This document shows positions 1 to 9,658 of a stretch of DNA of 64,000 bases, piece after piece. The DNA is from Bacteroidia bacterium (GTDB lineage: Bacteria; Bacteroidota; Bacteroidia; CAILMK01; JACPUW01). Position 1 is the stretch's first letter, and the number at the start of each line of letters is the position of its first letter. Position numbers and translations under genes: made by a program. The stretch is from assembly GCA_049115495.1 (NCBI GenBank), contig JAGDZV010000001.1, positions 705,907-769,906 of the forward strand, read 5' to 3'. The notes under the pieces were generated by a model, which saw nothing but the letters and a program-made list of their open reading frames with translations, searched no databases and was not told the origin of the DNA.

Positions 1-84
1 AAAAAACAATAACCCGTTATAAACCAAAAATTTAGATGCATAGCTTTGCATTGATGTTTTGGTATTAATCTAAACCATTATTTG

Positions 85-1344
85 TTAATCATTTAAGTTC
101 ATTAACGTGTACCCTCCATCTTTTTGGTTGTAAATACAATATAGTTTTCCTTTTAAGGCAAAAACTTTGGGATAGTTTGGCATGATTGAAGTAAAATTTA
201 TGTTACCCACTGGCAACCAAGATGTACCACTGAATTTATAAACTGACGCTTTGGCTTGATATACACTGCCATTAGCGGGTGCAATTCTTGCACTTATGTA
301 GTGTTCACCATTAAATGTGTGAGACCAATAATGCGTAAGGTTATCAGGAAGGCCGTTTGTTGGCAAAATCTCCCAAATTCCATTATTCAAGGTTCTGATT
401 TCATATTTGCCGAATTTTTCACCTTCGGCTCTTGCGTTGCCTGTAAGCAACATATAGTTTTCACCATCTCCTGTAAAAGAAACATTACTGTTTGTGGCTT
501 TAGTAATTGGAAAACCACCTAAATCAATTAGTTCCCCGTTTGAATCAACCTGCTTAATGCGGGGTCCAGTATTATCATGACCATAATCTTGGAAACTATA
601 GTAGAATTTGTTCTCAATTATTTGCCCGTTTTGCCCTGAAATACCCCCTTTTGATCCGTTTTCAGTATTGGCTGAACCCCATTTTTCATTTTCGTATTTG
701 AGCATCTTTAAATATGGGTCGCCATAGATAAGGTATAATGGGCCTCCTGTAATTCCTCCTAACTCAACATGTGTTAAGCCATTTCCTTTTTTTGCTGAGT
801 AAAACGCTTTGGTGAAGCCATATGGGGCAAACACTTTCCACATGTTATTTTCTGAATCCAATTCATAAATAATAATATGGGTTACAGGATTTCCTCCATT
901 GTTCGATTCTGATTTTTGTGCTGCAAGCAATAGTTTTCCATTCCATTTAGTAAGGCTTGTCGGTTTCTCGTCAAGCGGTATTTCGGGCATCCGAGATAAA
1001 CCTTCAGTTGTAATTTCATAAATTAGGCTTTCACAGCTTTTCTTCTTATTGAGTTTATTATTGGTTTTATCATAATTAAATTCAACTATGCAACCGCTTG
1101 CAGGAATCATGAATACCTGCTCTTCAAGAAAGAATAGCTCAAAATCTTCTTTTAATTTAGCCCCTTGTATTTGAGGTTCAACTGCGGTCCAATAAGTTTT
1201 CCGAATTTCAGTAGCAGTAGTTGAATTTGAACCGATATTGCTATTAACTGGCACTTTAGTAGCACATCCTGTTAGAAGTGACATACTAAAAATAAATAAC
1301 GCTGATTTCATCAAATTTTTAGATTTACTCAATTCAGTTTTCAT
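85..1344 (-). CDS. hypothetical lipoprotein
   Basis: 419-aa ORF with an N-terminal signal peptide and lipobox (SLLTGC). No recognisable catalytic motif. Confidence 0.5.
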   Translation of the reverse strand: MKTELSKSKNLMKSALFIFSMSLLTGCATKVPVNSNIGSNSTTATEIRKTYWTAVEPQIQGAKLKEDFELFFLEEQVFMIPASGCIVEFNYDKTNNKLNKKKSCESLIYEITTEGLSRMPEIPLDEKPTSLTKWNGKLLLAAQKSESNNGGNPVTHIIIYELDSENNMWKVFAPYGFTKAFYSAKKGNGLTHVELGGITGGPLYLIYGDPYLKMLKYENEKWGSANTENGSKGGISGQNGQIIENKFYYSFQDYGHDNTGPRIKQVDSNGELIDLGGFPITKATNSNVSFTGDGENYMLLTGNARAEGEKFGKYEIRTLNNGIWEILPTNGLPDNLTHYWSHTFNGEHYISARIAPANGSVYQAKASVYKFSGTSWLPVGNINFTSIMPNYPKVFALKGKLYCIYNQKDGGYTLMNLND

Positions 1345-1393
1345 TCCAATTGGTTTACTCCAGTGCCTATTTGTGCTTATTGCGCTAAACTAA

Positions 1394-1503
1394 GGTTTAA
1401 TGTCTTGAAATTTAGGGCTTTTAGGAGTAAGTTTCTATCTACCAGATAGAGAAAGTGCTACGAGAAGCGAACTGCGCCAAACCACAGAACCGCCCTATAC
1501 TTT
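1394..1503. promoter_or_regulatory. conserved ~110-nt upstream module, copy A (homologous to 7151-7255)
   Basis: Read in the minus-strand gene direction it contains TATAGGGCGGTT...CGCAGTTCGCTTCTCG...AAAAGnCCTAnATTTCA. This is shared almost verbatim with the region upstream of the 6159-7127 gene. TAnATTTC resembles the Bacteroidetes -7 box TAnnTTTG. Confidence 0.4.
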
Positions 1504-1529
1504 AGCTTGCTGATTTATGATGTTTTATC

Positions 1530-2051
1530 TTATTTGATTTTGTCGTTTTGAATGAAATAACCAAGAAAGTCAACATTTTTTCTCGGGTCGACAAATTCGT
1601 CGTTATAGTATTTGAATAACATATTGGGATATCCGAGTGATATTTCAATTGATTTTTCATGTCTATCAACAATACAAGTTATCCAGTTACAAGAATGTGA
1701 TGAAATTGGTAGAACCGTCCACGATCCAAAAATGCTCCTTCCATCAATTCCAAATACAATAGGTCTTGGATAAATGCCTGTTCTGAATGAGTCAAATTTA
1801 TCCATACCTGAGTCGGTTAGATAGATTGTAAAATCGCTTGTGTCAAGATATTTTATATCTTCAAGATTAAACACTACGGAGTCCCTATAACTATTTGGGT
1901 GATACTCGAAGTCGTCGCGTCTAAAATTGTCCAAGTTCCAGAAAGAATCATGAGGTATGCCAATCGTAAGTTCTTGTCCGAAAACGATTAAGCCAATAAA
2001 GTTAAAAATGCAAATAAGAGTTAGTCTTTTCATTCTGTAAATAGCATACAA
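1530..2051 (-). CDS. hypothetical secreted protein
   Basis: 173-aa ORF with a hydrophobic signal-like N-terminus (MKRLTLICIFNFIGLIVFGQ). The true start is probably the internal Met at 2033. Confidence 0.45.
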   Translation of the reverse strand: MYAIYRMKRLTLICIFNFIGLIVFGQELTIGIPHDSFWNLDNFRRDDFEYHPNSYRDSVVFNLEDIKYLDTSDFTIYLTDSGMDKFDSFRTGIYPRPIVFGIDGRSIFGSWTVLPISSHSCNWITCIVDRHEKSIEISLGYPNMLFKYYNDEFVDPRKNVDFLGYFIQNDKIK

Positions 2052-2189
2052 CGGTCTCTCTCGGCTATGAGTAGTTGCGTGGTTTAGCTGTTAACTTTGT
2101 AAGTACACACCAAGCTGAAAATCTGCGAGGATTTTCAGAAGTAGGCGAGAACAAGCAATTACTTATAGCCATTGCTGTGTTTAGTGTTT

Positions 2190-2768
2190 TTAATTCAGTT
2201 CGTTATATTTCGGTCGTTTTCTCCTTCCTGTCGCAACCGCATTTATCAAAGAGTGAACATTTTTATTTATTTCATCATTTGGTTCCATTTCCATTGCTTT
2301 TTGAATATAGGTTTTAGCTTCGTCATCATATCCTAAAACCATTAAATTCACAGCGTGATTACAATAAAGTCCAGCGTCATTTGATTCACGTTTAATTGCT
2401 TCTTGAGAGTATTCTGCAGCAAGTTTTACATTCCCAGAGTCCATTGCGGAAATCGAAGCTTCTCTGGGTAAATCAGGATTTGTCTTTTCTTCATCAACTG
2501 CTTTTTCGAAGTGCACCAAAGCTTTTTCATTTTCAGAAATTGCTTGATAAACTTTAGCAATTAACCAATTTGTCTGCCAATGATTTGGAATCATAGATAA
2601 ACATTCAGAATAATGTTTGATTGCCTTTTTAGCCTTTCTTTTATTCCAAAATCCAAGTTTTGAATTTCCTTGCCTTTTTATTATTGTCAAACCATTAGCC
2701 AATTCATTTCCTTTCTCAAAATTTGAGTTGAAAATCGGGATTTTATCTTCTGGTAATTCGTATTCCAT
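2190..2768 (-). CDS. TPR-repeat protein
   Basis: Repeating A/Y/L-rich helical pairs typical of tetratricopeptide repeats (AKVYQAISENEKALVHFEKAV..., YCNHAVNLMVLGYDDEAKTYIQKAMEMEP). Confidence 0.55.
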   Translation of the reverse strand: MEYELPEDKIPIFNSNFEKGNELANGLTIIKRQGNSKLGFWNKRKAKKAIKHYSECLSMIPNHWQTNWLIAKVYQAISENEKALVHFEKAVDEEKTNPDLPREASISAMDSGNVKLAAEYSQEAIKRESNDAGLYCNHAVNLMVLGYDDEAKTYIQKAMEMEPNDEINKNVHSLINAVATGRRKRPKYNELN

Positions 2769-2931
2769 TCGGTTTTTACATTAAACACAACGGTTCTGGC
2801 TAAGAAACGTGCGGCTTTCATACCGTGAATTTCATCGCCAAGATGAATTTGGTTTTGAAAGATACAATGTGAATGTTTACCAGTCACGGAGCATGTTTGC
2901 TTAGCCTATGTTGTGGCCAGTTTTTTCTTTT

Positions 2932-3429
2932 TTATTTCGGTTCTATTCCAACGCCCTTTTTAAATAGTACACAAAAGTTCTCGTCAGCAGTACCATAATA
3001 TTTTTCAAAATTGTTTAGCTCATTTAGGTACTGTTCAAGTTCTTGGTTGGTTAAAGTACTTTTCTGTTTTAAACTGTCGTACTTGAAAGGAAAGTTCTCT
3101 TTGTTTGGATTTGGTGTGTGTAAAAACAAAGCGTCACTCTCACTGTCGTAGTCAAGTATCACAGCGTAAAGTTGAAATTCCTTTTTGAGTTTTTCTGTCT
3201 CTGTTTCAAGAAGCTCAAAGTGACGAAATAGTTTGTCCAAATGCGGTTTTCGCTTTTTGAAACTATTGTTTCCAAATCCTTTCCAGTCAAAGTGCAAATG
3301 CCAGTTGTCAAACCACGCGTTTGGGTCATCGAGATCGAACCAAGTTGCCTTTTCTAGGTCGTTCTCGGTTTCGAGTCTTTGGTAGTACTTTTTAAGTCCG
3401 CGTTGTTTCTTCATCTTTAAATTGGCCAC
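2932..3429 (-). CDS. hypothetical protein
   Basis: 165-aa ORF with no recognisable motif. Copy 1 of the three-copy upstream repeat sits immediately 5' of it. Confidence 0.45.
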   Translation of the reverse strand: MANLKMKKQRGLKKYYQRLETENDLEKATWFDLDDPNAWFDNWHLHFDWKGFGNNSFKKRKPHLDKLFRHFELLETETEKLKKEFQLYAVILDYDSESDALFLHTPNPNKENFPFKYDSLKQKSTLTNQELEQYLNELNNFEKYYGTADENFCVLFKKGVGIEPK

Positions 3430-3488
3430 AACTTATTTATATCCGTATAAAAGTAACGTTTATCCCATTAAACATTAGGGATAAACCC
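3424..3488. repeat. conserved upstream promoter/operator-like element, copy 1 of 3
   Basis: CAACTTATTTATATCCGTATAAAAGTAACG...ATCCC-palindrome-GGGAT is shared with 8821-8903 and 10808-10896. A 9-bp inverted repeat GTTTATCCC/GGGATAAAC sits directly upstream of the start codon at 3429. Confidence 0.5.
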
Positions 3489-3545
3489 AACGCTGGTGCG
3501 AGCTTGTAGCTCGTATCCCACGAATCTCTTTGGAAAAAAACTTCA

Positions 3546-4094
3546 TTATCCAAGAATTTCAACATCAACGGGTACTTTGTTTCCGAAATAATCATTAGCG
3601 CTGCTAAATTGCCAATGCTCTGGTTCTAGTACAAATCCGGCTTCAACAGGGTTGTTGTGGATGCAATTAATTTTTTGGTCGATTACTTTTTTGCTCCAAA
3701 GTTCAATGGATTTGTCATGTTGTTGCCAAAGCTGATACTCTTTTACGTTCGAGTTTTTGCTTCCGGCTCGCTTCATCATCCATAGTATCCATCCTTTTCG
3801 GCTTTCTTGTGTGTTATCTGAAATGCATTTTCTTAGCCTTTTCGAGGAAAACATTTATAGTTTTTTGAGCATTTTAAATGGATTTTCAGCCCTATCAGAA
3901 AATATTAAATGGACATGACTTGGCATGATACAATACGAAAATAGAACCATGCTCTTATTGTTTGGGCAATGGTTAAGGCTTTCAGCAACTAGTTCAAAAT
4001 ATTGTTGTCTAACAAAAACATCAATCCAATAAACACAGGCAAAACTTACAAAGTAAATACCCTTGAGATCGTGCATTTTGTATTTTCTACTCAC
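3546..4094 (-). pseudogene. REP-associated tyrosine transposase (RAYT, IS200/IS605-like Y1 HuH transposase) interrupted by an in-frame TAA
   Basis: ORF 3855-4094 carries the HuH motif (MPSHVHLIF). ORF 3546-3854 carries the conserved C-terminal block (YQLWQQHD, NPVEAGFV). Both are in the same frame, separated only by TAA at 3855-3857. The pair resembles E. coli RayT/YafM (HMHCIW, NPVKHGWV). Confidence 0.6.
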
Positions 4095-4212
4095 AATTGC
4101 AATTCAGGAAACTGCTTTAAATCATTATCGCGGCCCTGCATGGTGTTGGCATCCCGAAAATCGGGACGCCAGCGGTTTATGTACTAGCGCTAGCGAGGGT
4201 AAATAGTTTTTA

Positions 4213-4998
4213 CTACTTTACGCCACACTCTATTGTCTTCCTTATGATATTCTTCTTTTCAAAACCAATATTAACAAGGCCGACTCCTTCTTCTAAATCC
4301 AAACTCCAGTCGCCGGTTGGTTCTACTACAATTTTATAATATCCAGGTTTCATAATCTTAAATTCAACCTCAGCACCGCCAGTTCTTACACCCATTGGGT
4401 TATAATAACTCTCAACTTGTTCCCACTCTTGTTTTACGTCTAATTCTTTTTTGTAACTTATGAAAATGTCAGGATTTGGACAACTTGCGGTAATAATCAA
4501 TCTTCGATATTTAACTTCATATTCATTGTCTAGGAAATATATAATGTCCGCCAACGATTCATTTAATATGGCCATATTATCCCTTAACAATGAGTAGTTT
4601 GTTTTTATTTTCTCGTCTCGCCCATCAAAAGAAGAAGTACCTTCTTCACATATTGCTTTAGAATTTTTAAAGATCTCTTGTGATTGGTAATAGCTCTGCG
4701 ACAAGTAGCGAACAAAATCTTTATACAAGGATATTTTTTCCTTTTGATTTGGATCATTGAAGTCAAATGAGTTCATCACTGAATTCAAACCATTTCCACA
4801 ATTTGTAATATGGCCTAAGATTTTCTCTGAGTACTTGCTAATGTTACAAAACTCTCCTCGGTACATTACTTCAACAGAAACTCTAAGGGAATCCATCAAA
4901 CTTTCATTCGAAATGTTTTTGAAATCATCAAATTCATTTTGAGAGTAAGTGAATTGGGTTGCTCCAAGAAACAGAATAATGATTATTGCTCTCATCAT
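4213..4998 (-). CDS. hypothetical secreted protein
   Basis: The ORF extends to 5085, but a signal peptide begins at MMRAIIIILFLGATQF (ATG at 4998). The conserved -7-like motif AAAAGTCCTACATTTCGTG lies inside the longer ORF, which supports the shorter start. Confidence 0.45.
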   Translation of the reverse strand: MMRAIIIILFLGATQFTYSQNEFDDFKNISNESLMDSLRVSVEVMYRGEFCNISKYSEKILGHITNCGNGLNSVMNSFDFNDPNQKEKISLYKDFVRYLSQSYYQSQEIFKNSKAICEEGTSSFDGRDEKIKTNYSLLRDNMAILNESLADIIYFLDNEYEVKYRRLIITASCPNPDIFISYKKELDVKQEWEQVESYYNPMGVRTGGAEVEFKIMKPGYYKIVVEPTGDWSLDLEEGVGLVNIGFEKKNIIRKTIECGVK

Positions 4999-5130
4999 TT
5001 TTAACTTTAAGGTTTGCCATGCTTCAAAGACACGAAATGTAGGACTTTTCTTTTCAAAGTCCTTCATGAATGCAAAACCTAACAAACAAAGTGCTTGAGA
5101 GAGCTCAAATGAGCAAATTACGAAACCGTT

Positions 5131-5838
5131 TTATTCTCTATTACTATCAATGGTATTGGCTACTTTATCAATTTTGTGATTAAATAATTCTACCGTTATT
5201 TTTTGGTTAAAACCTTGTAGCGTTTTAAACCGAATCCCTATTCCTTTTTCAAACTCATAATAATCATATTTATTCAAGTTCCATCCGCCAAACTTTAACT
5301 GTAAAACATCTCTGTCATTTTCTTTTAACAGAGTTTGCTCAAAGTAGATTTCTTCTGTGGTGCCATCAGCTAAGTGAAGAGAGAAAACCCAACTTGTATC
5401 TCCCGTATTTGTGTATAACATCGGAATAGCAACATCGTCATACAACTTCGAGTATTTTCTAACTAAAAAAACGATTTTATCCTCTTGAATATTGAATCTA
5501 TCCTTTCCAAAAGCCCATGTTTCATAAGTCAATATTGAGTTATGTCGTTTTGCTGAAAGAGTATCATAATGCACTACTGTATCAATGTTCTCCGGTTCTG
5601 TACAGTTAGAAACTATTATAGTGCTCTGATATATCCAATTCTTATTTGAATCTAGCGGTAAAAACGGATTAAAGGAGTTTGCATAACTAGCAGGCCGAAT
5701 TAAACTGGAATCATCAACAAATATTTCATCTTTTTCGCAAGAGAAAGTGGTCAATAGAATTAAGGTAAACCCTAACCTTCGGAGCATTAAGTTGAAATGT
5801 ATCAGCCAATTTTCATTTTCTAAATCTAGCCTAAGCAT
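5131..5838 (-). CDS. hypothetical lipoprotein
   Basis: Signal peptide plus lipobox (LLTTFSC). No known motif. Confidence 0.45.
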   Translation of the reverse strand: MLRLDLENENWLIHFNLMLRRLGFTLILLTTFSCEKDEIFVDDSSLIRPASYANSFNPFLPLDSNKNWIYQSTIIVSNCTEPENIDTVVHYDTLSAKRHNSILTYETWAFGKDRFNIQEDKIVFLVRKYSKLYDDVAIPMLYTNTGDTSWVFSLHLADGTTEEIYFEQTLLKENDRDVLQLKFGGWNLNKYDYYEFEKGIGIRFKTLQGFNQKITVELFNHKIDKVANTIDSNRE

Positions 5839-5921
5839 AATTAGTCTATGTTGATTGTTGTTGCTAGAGATTCAATTTGTAAATAAAAGGTTGTATAAAC
5901 GAATTACTGAAATCGATAAAA

Positions 5922-5950
5922 ACAAAAAAGCCGCTTTGCAGCGGCTTTTG
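5922..5950. terminator. bidirectional rho-independent terminator hairpin
   Basis: GCCGC-TTTGC-AGCGGC stem-loop flanked by an A-run on one side and a T-run on the other. It lies downstream of the minus-strand gene 6159-7127. Confidence 0.5.
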
Positions 5951-6158
5951 CGGTTTCAGGCCGACTTGTGCAGAGCGCTTCAAGTTCAAATTTTGCCAAG
6001 TGCCTTGAGTGCTGGTATATGTGCTACGGGACTCCAACCTCCATTAGCATTGGCTCCGACTAAACCTATGTTTAACTTTCTTTTCATTAAATTTCTCTTA
6101 ATCCTCAACATTAAGATTAAAGTACACTTCTATACATTCTACGTACTGGTGTAAACAG

Positions 6159-7127
6159 TTAAGTTTTAACAATAATTTTCCCTTTTGCATTATTGTCTTC
6201 CATGTATTGATGTGCTTTTGCCACTTCATCCAACTTGAATACTTTGTCAATATTCAAATTGATAATTCCATTTTCAACATCATCAATAAATTCCTGAAGT
6301 AGCTCTCTGGATAGGTTCTTTGATTCTCCCATGTAAACGGTCAACATACCTAATGAGGGAATATCACCCATTGGGGTGAACTCTTCCATAGTCCATTCAT
6401 TTCCTAATATTCCTGTCATGCATACCATTCCCTTGGGTGCAATGCATTGAAGTGAATCCTTCAAAGTTTTTGTCCCAATTAGTTCAAGTACTTTGTTAAC
6501 ACCATCAGGGCGTATTTGTCTGATCTGATCTTTGACACTTCCATCATCAATAGCCACATGGTCAGCACCATTTTCTAGAAGAGCTTGTTTTTTATTAGGG
6601 TTTCTAGTTGTAGAAATAACTGTTAAACCCTTAGCTTTTGCTAGTTGGCAAGACAACATTCCGATTGAAGATGTACCTCCTCTAATAAGCAGAGTTTCAC
6701 CTTTCTTAATTTCCAATGCTTGATTCAGGGATCCCGAGACAGTTTGAAACATTTCAGGGATTGCACCTAGTGTTTCCCAAGGTAGGTCACTTTTAAAGGG
6801 GAATACGATTTCAAGTGGAACAGAGGTGAATTCCGCATAGCCTCCGTCAAAAAAACGTCCCATACCACCCATAATAGCAGCAACCTGTTGCCCTTTTGAA
6901 TACGTGCCTGAAGCATCTTCTTCAATAACTCCAACACATTCAATTCCCTGGATACGTGGAAATACAACTCCTGGGGAATCACCTCTTCTTGTGAAAAGCT
7001 CAGATCTGTTTAAGCCAAATGCCTCTACTTTAATTAAGACCCACCCAGTCTTAACTTCTGGCTTTCCAACTTCCTGAATTTTGATAACCTCAGGGTCGCC
7101 AGCATTTGTTGTTATTGCTGCTCTCAT
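6159..7127 (-). CDS. MDR-family NAD(P)H:quinone oxidoreductase / zinc-type alcohol dehydrogenase-like
   Basis: GroES-like N-domain followed by a Rossmann GxGxxG-type region (LLIRGGTSSIGMLSCQLAKAKGL) and MDR C-terminal layout. 322 aa. Confidence 0.7.
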   Translation of the reverse strand: MRAAITTNAGDPEVIKIQEVGKPEVKTGWVLIKVEAFGLNRSELFTRRGDSPGVVFPRIQGIECVGVIEEDASGTYSKGQQVAAIMGGMGRFFDGGYAEFTSVPLEIVFPFKSDLPWETLGAIPEMFQTVSGSLNQALEIKKGETLLIRGGTSSIGMLSCQLAKAKGLTVISTTRNPNKKQALLENGADHVAIDDGSVKDQIRQIRPDGVNKVLELIGTKTLKDSLQCIAPKGMVCMTGILGNEWTMEEFTPMGDIPSLGMLTVYMGESKNLSRELLQEFIDDVENGIINLNIDKVFKLDEVAKAHQYMEDNNAKGKIIVKT

Positions 7128-7150
7128 TTTTTTTATTCTCTACAACGTTT

Positions 7151-7255
7151 TGCAAGCATGAAATGTAGGTCTTTTCGGAGCGATTTCAATTCCACCGATT
7201 AGAAAAGAAACTGCGAGAAGCGAACTGCGGATTACTACAAAACCGCCCTATATTT
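7151..7255. promoter_or_regulatory. conserved ~110-nt upstream module, copy B
   Basis: TATAGGGCGGTTTTGTAGTAATCCGCAGTTCGCTTCTCGCAG...AAAAGACCTACATTTCATG in the gene direction. The same module lies upstream of 85-1344. A TTG-N19-TACATTTC arrangement resembles a Bacteroidetes promoter. Confidence 0.4.
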
Positions 7256-8016
7256 TATGACTGCTGTTGTGGTTGCGCATTTATTTTTTCCAATTCATAT
7301 CCATTTTTAGTAAGGTTTAATAAACTATTCCCTATAAGTCGTCTATTATCTTTCTTTTCAAATTCTCGTATTTTCTGAAACTCGTTATTATCAAAATTGA
7401 AGCAAAAGACTTCCTTTGAGTTTTTCCAATACAACTTATTCTTTGAGTATGAAATGGACTCAACAAAGATGTCAATTGGTATTTGGAGTTCTTTAATCGT
7501 TAGAAAGTCAATATTCAATTCACAAATAGGGAATTTACCATATCCAAAGAAGATTACCTTATTCCAATCAGATTTCACAATTTGATAACAGTCCAAGATT
7601 TCGAATTCCGTATTAGAATTAAATCCCCACTTCATTTTCCCGTCCTTATTGAAAATAGCAAGACCTTCTTTGGAATATTCTTTCTGAGCCATTATTCCTT
7701 CGTCAAAGTAGGACACAACAAATTTTCTGTTAAAAACAACTATATCATTCACAGCGTCACCAATAGTGAAGGATTTTACTAATTCCTCATTACGATTATA
7801 AATCCATGCATTTTTTTCATTTTCATCAGAACGTGTATTGACAACAAGCACTGAATCATGGTCAATACGTCTGACTAGTGGAAATCGAAATTCATTTTTA
7901 GTATCAATCATCCAACTTTCTGTATGTATCTGTCCTTGTTTCGTCAATACAGAGTAAGAGACTGAATTTAAAAATTCGAAAGCTTTTATTTTACCAGAAA
8001 AATTCAATTTTATCAT
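7255..8016 (-). CDS. hypothetical protein
   Basis: 253-aa ORF with no recognisable motif. Confidence 0.45.
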   Translation of the reverse strand: MIKLNFSGKIKAFEFLNSVSYSVLTKQGQIHTESWMIDTKNEFRFPLVRRIDHDSVLVVNTRSDENEKNAWIYNRNEELVKSFTIGDAVNDIVVFNRKFVVSYFDEGIMAQKEYSKEGLAIFNKDGKMKWGFNSNTEFEILDCYQIVKSDWNKVIFFGYGKFPICELNIDFLTIKELQIPIDIFVESISYSKNKLYWKNSKEVFCFNFDNNEFQKIREFEKKDNRRLIGNSLLNLTKNGYELEKINAQPQQQS

Positions 8017-8157
8017 TACTTCTATGCACCAACGTTTTGGTTATGGACAGTAAGGGATTTCGAAGCGAAAACCTTTCAGCTTGCACTGAGCCAAAGCGTT
8101 GTATTTTGTTTTTATCTTATTCATTTTAAAAGCCAAATCAACGATTTGTCGGACTTG

Positions 8158-8808
8158 CTATGAAAACCAACCTTTCAATTTAGCAACCAACCCCTTATTG
8201 TGTATAGCCCTTGTTGGCGGTAGTTTTTTTATTTTTTCAAGTCGTTCGATTTCAGTTACGTATTCGTCATTTTCCACATACTTTTTAAAACAGTCTGGAC
8301 AAATTGAATGTCTTTGAGTCGAGTGAAATTCATTTTCGTTTTCGTTGCAGGAGATTACTGAATTACAGATTTCACAATGCTCGTGACCTTCACAATTTGC
8401 GTAGTCTTGATAAGTTGTAAATTCATATTCAGCTTTGTCGCTACGTGCTTCATGAACATTTTCAAGAACCCAATTAATTTCAGCTTCTGATTGGTCTTTA
8501 ATTTTAATCCAAGTGTCAAAGTCAGAAGTAGAGTACTTGAGTTTAAATCCGACAGTTTCAGCGAGTAAGTTGGCTTTGTCTGTCGAGTCATTCAGTTCTT
8601 TAGGAAAAAGCGTTATCCCAATGTAATTTTGAAGGTGCAAGGTCAATACTTTGTCTTTGATTTTGAAATCAAAATACTTTGAGTCCAAATCTTCAACTCT
8701 GTCAATAAGTTCGGCATTAAATTCCGATCTCAATCTGTCCGAAAGTGATTGGAATAGGTCACTATCAGGTTCATTACTTATCAATATTTCAGAGTATGTT
8801 TTCGTCAT
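8158..8808 (-). CDS. hypothetical protein with C-terminal Cys/His zinc-ribbon-like cluster
   Basis: CEGHEHCEICNSVISC...HSICPDCF near the C-terminus. Copy 2 of the upstream repeat lies immediately 5'. Confidence 0.45.
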   Translation of the reverse strand: MTKTYSEILISNEPDSDLFQSLSDRLRSEFNAELIDRVEDLDSKYFDFKIKDKVLTLHLQNYIGITLFPKELNDSTDKANLLAETVGFKLKYSTSDFDTWIKIKDQSEAEINWVLENVHEARSDKAEYEFTTYQDYANCEGHEHCEICNSVISCNENENEFHSTQRHSICPDCFKKYVENDEYVTEIERLEKIKKLPPTRAIHNKGLVAKLKGWFS

Positions 8809-8820
8809 TTTTTAATTACC

Positions 8821-8903
8821 GCCAACTTATTTATATCCGTATAAAAGTAACGCATATCCCTAAAAACTTTAGGGACAAACTGACCTTGAGCACAAAACAA
8901 TCT
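8821..8903. repeat. conserved upstream promoter/operator-like element, copy 2 of 3
   Basis: Shares CCAACTTATTTATATCCGTATAAAAGTAACG with copy 1. It has a perfect palindrome TCCCTAAA-AAC-TTTAGGGA at 8857-8875, followed by TGACCTTGAGCACAAAACAATCT, which is shared with copy 3. Confidence 0.5.
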
Positions 8904-9040
8904 TATTTATAACAGCCCCAACTATAACTAAGGTTAAACCATAGTTATCGAGGGAATCACCGAAGGCAGAGTTCAAAACTAGCTCAAATAAACTGCTGCC
9001 TTGCCGCAATGTATTAAAGTCTAATTGCTGTAACCAGTTA

Positions 9041-9625
9041 TTATTCGATTATTTTTTCTTTACTCGTACCGAGCCAATATTCAACAAATGAATCAAAACA
9101 GAATATCAATACAATAAATAAAATGGTAATTCCAAAAGTGATTAGTTTATTCTTAATAGGAATATTAGTTCTTAATTGAAGCTTGGTAAGCTTATTTACC
9201 ATATCGATCACAACTTCTTTATTGAAGAAAAGGATTAAAAGTAACATCAAAAAAACTATTAAAGCATTGGCTAATGCTGGATAGACATCAAGAAAAATGA
9301 TATCAAAAACGATAATATTTACCATCATAGGTATCAAAATCAATACACCAATCAATTTTGTTTTATTCCATAATAAAAGCCAAGCTCCTAAAAGCTGCAG
9401 GAGACCAACGAATAAAATATAAGCGTAAGAGTGTCCCATAAATGTCCATGCCAATGAAAATCCACTTGCTTCACCTAATGTCGTGTTTGCGACTTCGGTA
9501 GGTATTTTTCCTTTCATGTAGAACTGTCCACCTAATAATTTGGACACTCCATAAATGTTTAAGATAATAAAAACGCACTGACGAAAGACATGTTCAAATG
9601 TCCTCTTATAGTTGAATTGGTACAT
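9041..9625 (-). CDS. integral membrane protein (DoxX-like?)
   Basis: Multiple hydrophobic helices. It is the last gene of the apparent operon 10775->9041. Confidence 0.45.
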   Translation of the reverse strand: MYQFNYKRTFEHVFRQCVFIILNIYGVSKLLGGQFYMKGKIPTEVANTTLGEASGFSLAWTFMGHSYAYILFVGLLQLLGAWLLLWNKTKLIGVLILIPMMVNIIVFDIIFLDVYPALANALIVFLMLLLILFFNKEVVIDMVNKLTKLQLRTNIPIKNKLITFGITILFIVLIFCFDSFVEYWLGTSKEKIIE

Positions 9626-9658
9626 AATTACTTAAAATGAAATATTATTAAGTTGAGT

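Noticed and set aside
2687-2887. 66-aa minus-strand ORF overlapping the start of the TPR gene.
   Set aside because: It overlaps a better-supported gene in another frame and has no motif. The 160-bp region is more likely a promoter or leader.
3855-3857. Programmed stop-codon readthrough or recoding in the RAYT gene.
   Set aside because: No recoding context was seen and no precedent for RAYTs is recognised. Pseudogenisation or sequencing error is the more economical explanation, and this is flagged for read-level checking.
5855-6154. 99-aa plus-strand ORF in the 320-bp intergenic gap.
   Set aside because: It runs through the bidirectional terminator hairpin at 5930-5949. It is low-complexity and hydrophobic with no start context. 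It is likely a non-coding spacer.
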